A stretch of 64,000 nt of DNA, from IMG/VR virus record IMGVR_UViG_3300019378_000951, positions 152,391 to 216,390 of that record; one strand, 5' to 3'. Every line of letters starts with the position of its first letter. Positions within the stretch are counted from its first letter, which is position 1. The translations under genes and the position numbers were made by a program. The notes beneath the pieces were generated by a model. It did not search any database. It saw only the letters and a program-made list of their open reading frames with translations, and was not told where the DNA came from. Shown piece by piece: positions 10,003-20,051 of the stretch. The stretch comes from a virus. Its lineage: Duplodnaviria > Caudoviricetes.

Positions 10003-11646
10003 ATGAAAATTATATTAGTGGCACATTCAATAAGTAGACAGAATCTTCATTTATATGGTCATCCTATAAGATTTATAAAAAAAGATATTAACGATGTATT
10101 ATATAGTATTAAAAAGAGAGTTCAAAAATTACAAAGTCTTAATAAAAAAGATTTAGACATATATAAAGCGATATATCCCGCTAATAAGTACAGAGTAATA
10201 AAAACTTCTAAATTGGATATCTTTACTAGGTTTGTAATGGTTGTAGATGATGAATGTAAAGAAGTATACAAGTATGTATGTATTGATAACAACATTGAAT
10301 TAGAATCTTTTAATGATAAATTTGAAGATATAGGTTTAAAACTTAAAACGGATATGACTAAAAAAGAAGAAATTAGTGCAATAAGAATGCTTATAAATTA
10401 CGAACATTTTAATTTATTTGAGCATACATTTAATTTTTACGGAGCAGTTACAGAAACAACATATAAACAGTTTGTAAGAGATCATTTTGATTTATTAATA
10501 GAACAATATCTTACTCCAAATCAGATTAGAACTTTAACGTCATTTCTATGGTGTTCAATAGACAAAGGATTATTATTTGAGTATATATCTCGTAAATGTA
10601 ATATTATGAGTAAGAACGCAATGATCAACGTAATTACAATATTGTATCATGCTATATTTACTGAACGTATTTCAGTATTTCCCGCTAAGCATACAATTTT
10701 AAGAAGAAGAAATCAAAGGGTCAATTCAGCTATTGCAGGGTTATCATCCTATGGTTTTTATGGTTCTTTTACAAATGGAGTCGATGATGATATTATTTAT
10801 GACGAAATTAGAAAAGAATCAATTAATATAATAAAAACCATATTTAAATTTATAGATAGAAATTTTAGAATAGTAATGGGTTCTAATAATGAGGATATAA
10901 TAGATATTGAAGATTATTTTATAGGTGCATATTATTTATTAGGAAAACCAGATCTTAACGATAAATCATTAGATGGTTATCTTAAGAATATTAGAAGGAA
11001 TTTAGAATTAATGAATCATAGATCTTTAACGAGTTTAATGTATGAAATTCCTTATAAAAATTTTATAGATGATATAATTGAGAATTTAAATGACGAAGAA
11101 TTATCATTCTTACTTGATTATAGCGACTTTAAACCTTTAAGAACTGTAATTCATGTGGAAAAACCAATAAGCGATATACAATGGTTATCAAATGACGAAT
11201 TAACTATAAGTTATTATAATAAAATTATTAGTAAAGGCGAATTTTGTGAACATGTTATGAAGAAACGTTACAGAATTCCAACTAGAAGACAAGCTCTATT
11301 AATATTATCAATGAGTTCATTTGATGTTACAATGTTTTACGTTTATTCATATAGTAATTATAAAGAATTTTTAAATGATAACTTAATAATTAAATCCATA
11401 TTTAAGACACACTCAATAATACGAATAATTAAAAATTTACAATGCGATAAATTTGTAAATGCAAAAGTTAAAGAAAAGTTTCTTTATATGTTATCACTTT
11501 ATATGGAACATGAAATTGAATTAAAAAATTTAAAAGATTATTTTAACATAGCTAAAAAATCAGGAGTTGATAAAGAATTAGTGGAATATATTAAAAATTC
11601 TAATTTTTCTAATTTGAAAGGAGCGATATTATGGAACAAACTGTAA
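10003..11646 (+). CDS. Hypothetical protein
   Basis: 547-aa ORF, SD gaggagg; RFVMVVDDECKEVYKY resembles the small-paralogue family motif. Confidence 0.8.
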   Translation: MKIILVAHSISRQNLHLYGHPIRFIKKDINDVLYSIKKRVQKLQSLNKKDLDIYKAIYPANKYRVIKTSKLDIFTRFVMVVDDECKEVYKYVCIDNNIELESFNDKFEDIGLKLKTDMTKKEEISAIRMLINYEHFNLFEHTFNFYGAVTETTYKQFVRDHFDLLIEQYLTPNQIRTLTSFLWCSIDKGLLFEYISRKCNIMSKNAMINVITILYHAIFTERISVFPAKHTILRRRNQRVNSAIAGLSSYGFYGSFTNGVDDDIIYDEIRKESINIIKTIFKFIDRNFRIVMGSNNEDIIDIEDYFIGAYYLLGKPDLNDKSLDGYLKNIRRNLELMNHRSLTSLMYEIPYKNFIDDIIENLNDEELSFLLDYSDFKPLRTVIHVEKPISDIQWLSNDELTISYYNKIISKGEFCEHVMKKRYRIPTRRQALLILSMSSFDVTMFYVYSYSNYKEFLNDNLIIKSIFKTHSIIRIIKNLQCDKFVNAKVKEKFLYMLSLYMEHEIELKNLKDYFNIAKKSGVDKELVEYIKNSNFSNLKGAILWNKL

Positions 11647-12155
11647 TTATGAAAAATTTAAAGAAATTATATTATAATAACGGTATAATTGAAAAAGAAG
11701 TAAGTCCATTCTACCTTTCAATGCTATTATATGATGATAAAGCACAATTTGAGAAAGATAAAAAAGCTAGAATGGAATTATTATCTAATACACTTACAGG
11801 TATAGATAAATTAAGATTTTTAATAGTTTCAATTAGTTATTATAACGCACATTACATTTCTTCAATTAACATTGATTTATATATTGATTATTGTAAAGAG
11901 ATATTAAAGATAATTGTTGTTGATAAAAAATGGAAAAGAAATGTAGTAATGTCATCTTTAGATGTAATTGTAAATTCCAATCTTTCAAGAAGAATTATGG
12001 ATAATTCTAAGTTGACACTTAATATGGAGCTTCCTGCAGTTAAAGGAACGAAACAGATAGACACTAAAAATTTTAGTTTAGACAAAGAATTAAAAGATTA
12101 TTTAGTAAGTTTAGATTCTAGATATAATAGATATATGGTTGATGATATTATATAA
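11631..12155 (+). CDS. Hypothetical protein with the shared C-terminal tag (YNRYMVDDII)
   Basis: ORF with SD aaggag; C-terminus matches the recurring motif. Confidence 0.75.
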   Translation: MEQTVIMKNLKKLYYNNGIIEKEVSPFYLSMLLYDDKAQFEKDKKARMELLSNTLTGIDKLRFLIVSISYYNAHYISSINIDLYIDYCKEILKIIVVDKKWKRNVVMSSLDVIVNSNLSRRIMDNSKLTLNMELPAVKGTKQIDTKNFSLDKELKDYLVSLDSRYNRYMVDDII

Positions 12156-12177
12156 TTAAATTTAAGGAGGTAATATT

Positions 12178-12837
12178 ATGATAGAATTTATGAAATTAAC
12201 AGGGGATGGAAAATGGATAGTTGTGGACATGCAAAAATTATATGAAACACAAAAAGTTATATTTAATAAATGGAGAGCTGAGTTACCAGATTCTCCAATT
12301 CAGAATATCAATAATTATACGCTTCATACAATTGAAGAATTATATGAATCTGAAAATGCACCTGGTCCAATGGAAAAACTTGAAGAAACAATAGATTCAT
12401 TTATGTATCTAATATCTTCAATATCAGCTTATGAACTAGATCCAAAGTTTAGCAAATCAGTAGAATTAGAAACATTATATTTAGATTCAGATACACTGTA
12501 CAGAGATGTACCAACGGTACAAGATATAATTAATAAATTAATGGATGTAAGAAGAATGTATCCAGAAAGAAAATGGCATAAACCATTTAATCCTGATGAG
12601 ATAGATTATTATATGAGAAGTAAATTAACTATTAAAACATATATGGAAGCTGCCATAATGATTATTAAAAGAATGTATATAAATTTTGACATGAATGACA
12701 CATATTTCATAAATGCTAAACTTAATAAGAAACAAGGATTTATTAAAACGCTTGAAGATGACGAATCAAAAAGTATTGAAGCGAATATTAAACCAGCTAA
12801 ATGTGATGATTTAGATGACTGGGATTTCATAGATTAA
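12178..12837 (+). CDS. All-alpha NTP pyrophosphatase (dimeric dUTPase/MazG-like)
   Basis: LYETQ, TIEELYE, KLEETIDSFMYL (ExxE/EExxD) and KWHK motifs; substrate not determinable. Confidence 0.55.
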   Translation: MIEFMKLTGDGKWIVVDMQKLYETQKVIFNKWRAELPDSPIQNINNYTLHTIEELYESENAPGPMEKLEETIDSFMYLISSISAYELDPKFSKSVELETLYLDSDTLYRDVPTVQDIINKLMDVRRMYPERKWHKPFNPDEIDYYMRSKLTIKTYMEAAIMIIKRMYINFDMNDTYFINAKLNKKQGFIKTLEDDESKSIEANIKPAKCDDLDDWDFID

Positions 12838-12926
12838 AAAACAAAAAAAGATATAAAAGTATATTATATTTGTGGTAATAAAGAATTAATAATAAAAAAT
12901 TTAATTAAATTTAGGAGGTAGTTATT

Positions 12927-13697
12927 ATGGCTATAAAAAAATTAGGAGCTAAAACTTTAAACGGTGGGAATGAAACTAAAAAAAGAAGTGTAATATTTGA
13001 TGAACCAACAATAGAAGATATAGCACCAGAAGAAGCTTATGAAGAAGATGTAGAATTTGACGAAGTAACTGATGAAGAAGTAGAAGAAGTTTATGATGAA
13101 GTAGAAGCTGAAGATTCATATGAAGAAGAAATTGAAGAAGAACCAGTTAAGAAAGTAACTAAATCAGTAACAGCTAAAGGATCAACACCTAAAGCAGTAA
13201 CAAAAACAACACCTAAAGTTGCGCCTAAGCAACAATCACAATCAAAAGTGTCATCTGGTAAAAAACAAATGATGAAGAAAAAAGGAGAATCAAAACCTGT
13301 TAAACAAACAACATCTGAATCTAATGTTTATAAAAGAGATTCATTATTAAAAGATGTAATAAGAGATTTAGACGAAGCTGGATATGAAATGACATTAGAA
13401 GGAATGTCAATAATAATGAGCAGTATAGAAAAGAATATATTATCTGCACTAGAAGAAGGATATAGAATAACATTTATAGGAAATCAAATTAAACCTCAAG
13501 AAAGAAATGCAAGAATAAGTAAAGCTCCAAATTCAGAATACGCAACATTAACTGACAAGTATACAGCATTTGTATGGAGTAGAACACCTAATGATAAGAC
13601 AGTTATAAAAGGAACTAAAAATGAAGATGGCACTTTTACAGACTTAGAAGGAAATGTTTATTATATCGACGAAAACGGAGAAGCCGTACAACAATAA
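12927..13697 (+). CDS. HU/IHF-like DNA-binding protein with long acidic then Lys/Thr-rich N-terminal extension
   Basis: C-terminal ILSALEEGYRITF...ERNARISKAPNS resembles the HU helix-beta-arm; the N-terminal region is Glu/Asp-rich. Confidence 0.6.
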   Translation: MAIKKLGAKTLNGGNETKKRSVIFDEPTIEDIAPEEAYEEDVEFDEVTDEEVEEVYDEVEAEDSYEEEIEEEPVKKVTKSVTAKGSTPKAVTKTTPKVAPKQQSQSKVSSGKKQMMKKKGESKPVKQTTSESNVYKRDSLLKDVIRDLDEAGYEMTLEGMSIIMSSIEKNILSALEEGYRITFIGNQIKPQERNARISKAPNSEYATLTDKYTAFVWSRTPNDKTVIKGTKNEDGTFTDLEGNVYYIDENGEAVQQ

Positions 13698-13700
13698 TAA

Positions 13701-13743
13701 AATTAGAGAATGTGTATTTTCACATTCTCTAATTTATTTTTTT
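13701..13743 (+). terminator. Rho-independent terminator
   Basis: aattagagaatgtg / cacattctctaatt plus T-tract. Confidence 0.7.
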
Positions 13744-13764
13744 AATTTAAAGGAGGGTGTTTAT

Positions 13765-14352
13765 ATGAAAACTAAGATTATAATTTTATTATTAATACTA
13801 TGTTCAATTCAATTTGTTATAATTTCTAAATTTAATGTTAAAGAAATCTTAGATAGAACACATGTATCATATGACACTGAAGAAGAAGACGAATATTTAG
13901 AATACTTAGGATCGAGTCCAGAAACTTGGATGATTGATGATTTGTCTTATCCTGATGATATTATAAATGGAATTAACGTATGGTATAATAATGAAAAAGA
14001 TGAGTCAATTATTGAATGTAATACTTATCCAGCTGAATCACTTTTTAGTTCTATACTAATGTTAGATTCATTTGCAGATTGTTATATGTATTTAACCAAT
14101 CCTTATGAATCAGATCCAATTTTAGTTATGGAATTTGGAGTTAGTCAGTCAAAATTTAATTCATTAAATGAATTTGAACTAAATTTATTAAATTTAGCCG
14201 CTAAAGAATTAACAATATCACGTGGAGTTATTATGGATAATTATGATAAACTTAATATAGATAGATGTATGATAATAGTACGTTCTAAAAATGATAGAAC
14301 TAATGTTAAAGTATTTGTAGCTGATGGGTATAACCTATCAGATAACTCTTAA
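13765..14352 (+). CDS. Hypothetical exported or membrane-anchored protein
   Basis: Start MKTKIIILLLILCS at 13765 after SD aaggaggg; hydrophobic N-terminus. Confidence 0.7.
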   Translation: MKTKIIILLLILCSIQFVIISKFNVKEILDRTHVSYDTEEEDEYLEYLGSSPETWMIDDLSYPDDIINGINVWYNNEKDESIIECNTYPAESLFSSILMLDSFADCYMYLTNPYESDPILVMEFGVSQSKFNSLNEFELNLLNLAAKELTISRGVIMDNYDKLNIDRCMIIVRSKNDRTNVKVFVADGYNLSDNS

Positions 14353-14383
14353 TTGAGTTATCTTTTTTTTGTATGTCCAACCC

Positions 14384-14395
14384 AACAAACTTATA
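14384..14395 (+). promoter_or_regulatory. Putative late promoter AACA-N6-TA upstream of the giant-gene operon
   Basis: AACAaacttaTA. The same motif occurs at 39247, 41047, 43977, 44706, 56377, 62638 (+) and 48009, 55499 (-). It matches the AR9 non-virion RNAP late consensus. Confidence 0.65.
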
Positions 14396-14420
14396 TTACC
14401 TACAAAGGGAGGTGTCAGCA

Positions 14421-17400
14421 TTGAACGGTGACTCAATAAACGTTAACAGTAAATTTAATAAAGCAACAGTTACTAGAGCAATTAAATCTTTTGTATTGAA
14501 AAATGATATTAATAAAAAAGAAAATATTACTAAAAGTAAAATAAAATTCGAAAAACAAGAACTTCGACAATCATTCACTAATGATAAAGTAAATAATATA
14601 GAAATTCCATTGGAATCAAATGATATAATAAAAGATACAAAAAACTTAAATTCATTAAAAATAAATCAATCTAATATAAATCAAGATAAAAAATCAGAAA
14701 TTCCAATTAAAAGAAATATTAATGGTTTAAATATTAATATTATTAAAACTGATGCTATGGTTAAGTCTACTATTATAGTTACTAGGGTTTTAATGGGGCA
14801 TATTCATAATGTTACATTATTTAACCTAAATGCTACAACTAATGTTATTTCTAAATTAAATCAGTTTGACAGAGAAATCAATAATACTTTTTATAATAAT
14901 ACTCAAAATAATTTAACTGTAATTAACGATAATTTAATTAATTTAAATAAAGCCTTTAGTAAGCATATTAATTTAACATTAACTGATTTAAAAAGCAATA
15001 TATTTAAAGAAAAATTTCAATCATTAATATATGTAGAAAACATGTTTAAAATGGAATCATTAAAAGATAAAATTAGTGATATTGCAAAATCAATAACAAT
15101 GGGAATGAAATATGATATGATAAAATCTATGATAAAAGTAGGAGTTTCTTCCCCCATTTCAATGTTAATAACAGCTTCAATTAAACGTCTAATCCCTGAT
15201 GAAATAAAAGACGCATTTAAAAGCATAGATTCCATACCGACAATGGTAAGCACGGCTTTAGGGCTTGAATTTAATAAAATGAAAAATTCGGATAATCCAT
15301 TAATTGCATGGATTGGTAATAAACTTATGCCTGGCAGCGAAAATAGTAAAAAATTATCGTATAAAAAAGGTATAGTTAATTTTGATTTATTTACAAAAAA
15401 TGCAATTACTAAAAACATACCTACACTTCTTACGTATTGGTTACAAGCAGCTGATCCTGATAAATATAAAGATGGATTAGTGTATGATTATGAAACTGGT
15501 AGATTTGTAACAGGAAGTGGAGTTAGACAATATTTTGATCAATTTAAATATGATAAAAGAATAACTAATTTAAAAGAAGCAAATAAACGAACTAAACTTT
15601 TAAAAGAACAATCCAAAAATTTTGATAGATTTTCAATAAATGACATAAAATTTACAAAAAAATTAATAGATGAATATTCACATATTTATAATGGTAAAGA
15701 AGATCAAAATAAATATTTTGAAAATGTTGCATCTCAATTATCATATAATATTACAGAAAAATCTAAAAATAAATATAAATTAAAAAAAGGTGGAATTGCT
15801 AAAAAAGCTATTGATAAATTGAATAAAGGATTAAATGTAATAGACGCATATTTATTTGGAAGTATGGATATAGAGGATGCAGTAAAAAATTCCGCTGATA
15901 AGTTCTTTAAATTAAAAGATACATATCTGGTAAAACGTGGAAAAATTATAGCTAAATCAGCTTTTAATAAAATAATGGATAATATATTTTTACCATTAAT
16001 TGAAGGTGCTGCAAAACTTATAAAAAAAGGTAGAACTGTTATAGGAAACTTATTTAATAGAGCCATAGGCTTACTAGACGAACAGATATATCCAATCGTT
16101 GGTACACATTTAGGAAAAGGTTTTGTATCTGATATGATTGAAAAAGTTAAAAATTTTTTCCATGATAAATTTATACAACCTATTAAAGATAAATATAAAG
16201 AAATAGAAAAACACGCGTTGCAAAAATTTAGTAAATATGTCAAAAATGTAACTAAATGGGTAAATGAGGAAACTAATAAAATCCGAGCAAATAAAAATAT
16301 GGTAAATAACTTTAATAATGTTGTGCATAATACAGCGAAATTGGCCAATACAAGTCCGCAAAACCTTTCTTTTTTTGGAATAGGTCACTCTCAAAATCAA
16401 AATTTATATGCTCCTAAATCTGTTAATTTTAAAATCAATTTAGGACTAACAACACCTGAGAAAAATACAATTGTTACTTTACCAATAAAAAGATATAGCA
16501 AGGCTACTTTATTAGCTAAAGATTTTATTGATAGAACTATAACTGATATTAACAAATTTAGAAATATTCATAGTGCATATATAGAACTTATGACTAATAT
16601 TGCTAAATATAATTTTTCTGAAGAATTTACAGATACTAAATGGAAAGGATTAACTCCTGAAGAAGAACTTAAAAGACAAACAACTTTAGAAAATTTAAAA
16701 CTTATAATTGAAAGATATAAAGTTGTAAATGCATATGATGTTTCATTAATTAAATCTCATGCAGACGATATTTATTTATGGAATATGACTCAACTTATAA
16801 ATAATATTACGGTTAATAGATTTTTAGGTGCAACCGGTTTAGTACTTGGGAAATACGGATTAAAAGGCGCTATTTCTAAAGGACTTAAATTTATAGCAAA
16901 AGAAACCGCAAAAGGTATTGCAGTTGCTGGTATAAATACAGTTAGACACATTGTTGGAGTTGCAGGGTTTGCCGTAAAAACATTTAATTTCATTAAAACA
17001 TTTAAAACTAGAGCAACTTTAAAAATGTTAGAACTTGGAACTAAATACTTGTTACCAATGATGAATACCATTGTTAATAAATTTGGTCCAAGCGTAATAC
17101 ATTTTATAGGAAATATTACCTCAAAATTAATAAAAACTGCCGGTTCTTTAGCTAAATTTGCAAGTAAAGCTTTATTTAAGACCGTCAGTTTTACAGTAAA
17201 TGTTGCAGGTTCTTTAATTACTAAAATGACCGGTTTTGGATTTAACCTTATAAATAAAATTTTTCATAGAACTGGTTCTTTATTAAATAATTCGCCTAGA
17301 TATATTGGTCACGTTATAGGTGGATATCTAGATTACATAGAAGATCCAATTCAAATGGCAGAAATTAAGTCTAAAATAAAATATGACGATGATGAAGATG

Positions 17401-20036
17401 AAATAGAACAAAACGAAGAAACTGCAAAAAAATCAAAAAGAAATATATTTAATCGTATTAGCAAAAGATTAAATATTGTTAATAAATTTATTAATAAATT
17501 TATTGATAAAGCAATAGATACTTCGTTAGATGTTTTTACTGAAGGTTTTACAAATGTAATGTCGTTAATTTTAGGAGGGACTATTGGTACTTTCATAGCT
17601 GAAAAAGGCGGAAAAGCTACACAAGATGCTGAAAGCTTTGGTTATGAAAATATATTTATCACTGGTGGTACTGTTAACGGCGGTACAATGGGTAATATTG
17701 TAAATGGTGTTTTACAAGTTGATGTAGGTAATAGTGGAAGTTCAACAAGTAAAACTAAAAAGAAAGGCATTGTATCTAGATTATTTTCATTTATTGGAAA
17801 ACATAAAAAATCGGTTGCAGCAGGAACCGCTGCGTTAGCGACAATACACATAGGATCAAAAATAATTAAAGATGATAATAAAGAAAAACTTGATATGCAT
17901 AAATTAAAAAAATCAACAATCGAATTGGCAAATACAGGTAGTGGACAAACTACAGGTAATAAAAACAGTGAAAATAGTAATGATACGCAAAATAATAATA
18001 TCAATACCAATACTAGTAATAATAATACAACTCGAGAAGATAGTAAAATAATTGAAAATGATATTGACAAAACTAATACTGACTCGTATAAAAATGATTT
18101 ATTAAATGTAAACTTAGTTCATCATACAAATTCTAGTAACAATTTAGCGGGTTCAGATAATTATACCGTGGCTAATACATCCGCTAATAATATTAATACT
18201 GTTAATTTAAATAATACTAATCAATTACAACAGAAAAAAGATGCTAAACAGAAAAAAGATGCTAACAAAATACAACATTTACATAAATTAGATAAACAAG
18301 AGGGAACGACATCAATAGGTATAAATACAAAATTAGTAGAACCTAAAAAGAATACAATAGTTATTGAAGACATGCTTGCATCTTATCGTAACTATATAAT
18401 TAAAGATACTGTTGCAGAAAAAGAATTGTATAACTCAATGAATAAAAAAGAACGAAGCATGTATGATTCTCAAAAAAGTATAAGTCCTTTTGTAAATCCA
18501 TTATTCTCTAACAATGCCGTTAAATATGCTAATAAACGAAAAGGTATTTTAGGAACAATTGGTAATTTTCTTTTAAATGTAGGTAAAGGTATTATTGGTG
18601 CTATAAAAAATGGATTTAAATTTTTAAAAAATATAGTAGTTGGTGGATTTAAGCTAATAAAAAATATAGCATCAGGTATAGGTAAAGGTATAACAGTCGC
18701 TTCAAGATTCTTATCAAAAGCAGTTACCAATATATTTGGATTTATAAGTAAGCCATTCACTGGAATGCTAAACGGAATTTTAAACTTTTTTAATAAGAGT
18801 AAAAATATTGACGTAGATGGTAGTTTATGTGGTATTGATGAGACTAATATTTACATAGGTGGTAACAATGGTGGTAGCTCTAATGGCGGTACATCATCTG
18901 ACGGTAGTACATCTCCTGGAACTAGCAATGGTGGTAGTAATGGCGGTAGCAATGGTGGTGGCGGTGGTAATATAAATTCAAACATCTCAGTAACCGGATT
19001 TGCCTGGCCAGTTCCTGGTAGTTCAAAAATATCTTCAAAATTTGGTCCTAGAAATATAAGTGTACCAGGAGCTTCTAAAAATCATAAAGGTATAGATATA
19101 TCCGGTGGAGGTAAAAAAGATGCAAGCGGTTATCCTATAGTTGCATCAAAAGCAGGTACTGTAACATATGCGGGGCCTGGTAGCGGATATGGAAATTATA
19201 TAATAATTGATCATGGTAATGGATACACTACACGATATGCACATATGAATTCAAAATATATGTATGTTAAAAAAGGAGATAAAGTTACACAGGGACAACA
19301 TATAGCAAATATAGGTAATGAGGGTGTTAGTGGTGGACCACATCTTCATTTCGAAGTTAGAATAAACGGTACAGCATATGATCCGTCCCAATTTATAGCT
19401 TTTGGAGGAAACGCCGATAGAACTTTAAAAAATGAAAACGGAAGTTCTATACAATTAATAGTACCCCCACAAATGGGAAAAACACAAGAATCATACAATA
19501 ATTTACCTACTGTAATTGACCCTGAAGGTGATGATATTAGAAGAACTGAATTTAATAACGTAATGGAAAATGCATTTAATATTAAAAAAGAAATTGATAA
19601 GGATAGAACTAACGCTGAAAATGCCACACAACCGACTACAAATAGTAAATCTGTAAGTAACAAACCTAGCAATTCAATTATAAGTAATAATTTAAGTAGT
19701 ATGCCGTCAACTATTAATTCTGTAAGATCTAATATTACAGATCTTAACGAATATAAACAACAAAAATTAATTCGAAGTAAAAAAGCCGTAAGTAATATGA
19801 AATATCATAATATAAAGCATAATACCGATGAAAATAAATATAATGAAATTATAGAACTTTTACGAAAATTTAATGAATTAATGGAAATTTATGCAGATAA
19901 AGATAAAAAACTTAGTATAATTAATGATCAACCATCTCAATCTATACAAAATATACCATTAGATGAAAATGATATTCTAACTGATAAACTAAGAATGATA
20001 GATCCAAATTTAATTAATATATTACAGGGAATATAG
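14421..20036 (+). CDS. Giant tape-measure-like virion protein with C-terminal M23 peptidase domain
   Basis: FAWPVPG...HKGID...YGNYIIIDH...YAHM...GPHLHFEVR (HxxxD, HxH) after a Gly-rich linker. The TTG at 14421 follows SD gggaggtg (ORF track start 14373). Confidence 0.85.
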   Translation: MNGDSINVNSKFNKATVTRAIKSFVLKNDINKKENITKSKIKFEKQELRQSFTNDKVNNIEIPLESNDIIKDTKNLNSLKINQSNINQDKKSEIPIKRNINGLNINIIKTDAMVKSTIIVTRVLMGHIHNVTLFNLNATTNVISKLNQFDREINNTFYNNTQNNLTVINDNLINLNKAFSKHINLTLTDLKSNIFKEKFQSLIYVENMFKMESLKDKISDIAKSITMGMKYDMIKSMIKVGVSSPISMLITASIKRLIPDEIKDAFKSIDSIPTMVSTALGLEFNKMKNSDNPLIAWIGNKLMPGSENSKKLSYKKGIVNFDLFTKNAITKNIPTLLTYWLQAADPDKYKDGLVYDYETGRFVTGSGVRQYFDQFKYDKRITNLKEANKRTKLLKEQSKNFDRFSINDIKFTKKLIDEYSHIYNGKEDQNKYFENVASQLSYNITEKSKNKYKLKKGGIAKKAIDKLNKGLNVIDAYLFGSMDIEDAVKNSADKFFKLKDTYLVKRGKIIAKSAFNKIMDNIFLPLIEGAAKLIKKGRTVIGNLFNRAIGLLDEQIYPIVGTHLGKGFVSDMIEKVKNFFHDKFIQPIKDKYKEIEKHALQKFSKYVKNVTKWVNEETNKIRANKNMVNNFNNVVHNTAKLANTSPQNLSFFGIGHSQNQNLYAPKSVNFKINLGLTTPEKNTIVTLPIKRYSKATLLAKDFIDRTITDINKFRNIHSAYIELMTNIAKYNFSEEFTDTKWKGLTPEEELKRQTTLENLKLIIERYKVVNAYDVSLIKSHADDIYLWNMTQLINNITVNRFLGATGLVLGKYGLKGAISKGLKFIAKETAKGIAVAGINTVRHIVGVAGFAVKTFNFIKTFKTRATLKMLELGTKYLLPMMNTIVNKFGPSVIHFIGNITSKLIKTAGSLAKFASKALFKTVSFTVNVAGSLITKMTGFGFNLINKIFHRTGSLLNNSPRYIGHVIGGYLDYIEDPIQMAEIKSKIKYDDDEDEIEQNEETAKKSKRNIFNRISKRLNIVNKFINKFIDKAIDTSLDVFTEGFTNVMSLILGGTIGTFIAEKGGKATQDAESFGYENIFITGGTVNGGTMGNIVNGVLQVDVGNSGSSTSKTKKKGIVSRLFSFIGKHKKSVAAGTAALATIHIGSKIIKDDNKEKLDMHKLKKSTIELANTGSGQTTGNKNSENSNDTQNNNINTNTSNNNTTREDSKIIENDIDKTNTDSYKNDLLNVNLVHHTNSSNNLAGSDNYTVANTSANNINTVNLNNTNQLQQKKDAKQKKDANKIQHLHKLDKQEGTTSIGINTKLVEPKKNTIVIEDMLASYRNYIIKDTVAEKELYNSMNKKERSMYDSQKSISPFVNPLFSNNAVKYANKRKGILGTIGNFLLNVGKGIIGAIKNGFKFLKNIVVGGFKLIKNIASGIGKGITVASRFLSKAVTNIFGFISKPFTGMLNGILNFFNKSKNIDVDGSLCGIDETNIYIGGNNGGSSNGGTSSDGSTSPGTSNGGSNGGSNGGGGGNINSNISVTGFAWPVPGSSKISSKFGPRNISVPGASKNHKGIDISGGGKKDASGYPIVASKAGTVTYAGPGSGYGNYIIIDHGNGYTTRYAHMNSKYMYVKKGDKVTQGQHIANIGNEGVSGGPHLHFEVRINGTAYDPSQFIAFGGNADRTLKNENGSSIQLIVPPQMGKTQESYNNLPTVIDPEGDDIRRTEFNNVMENAFNIKKEIDKDRTNAENATQPTTNSKSVSNKPSNSIISNNLSSMPSTINSVRSNITDLNEYKQQKLIRSKKAVSNMKYHNIKHNTDENKYNEIIELLRKFNELMEIYADKDKKLSIINDQPSQSIQNIPLDENDILTDKLRMIDPNLINILQGI

Positions 20037-20051
20037 GAGGTGACAAATAAA

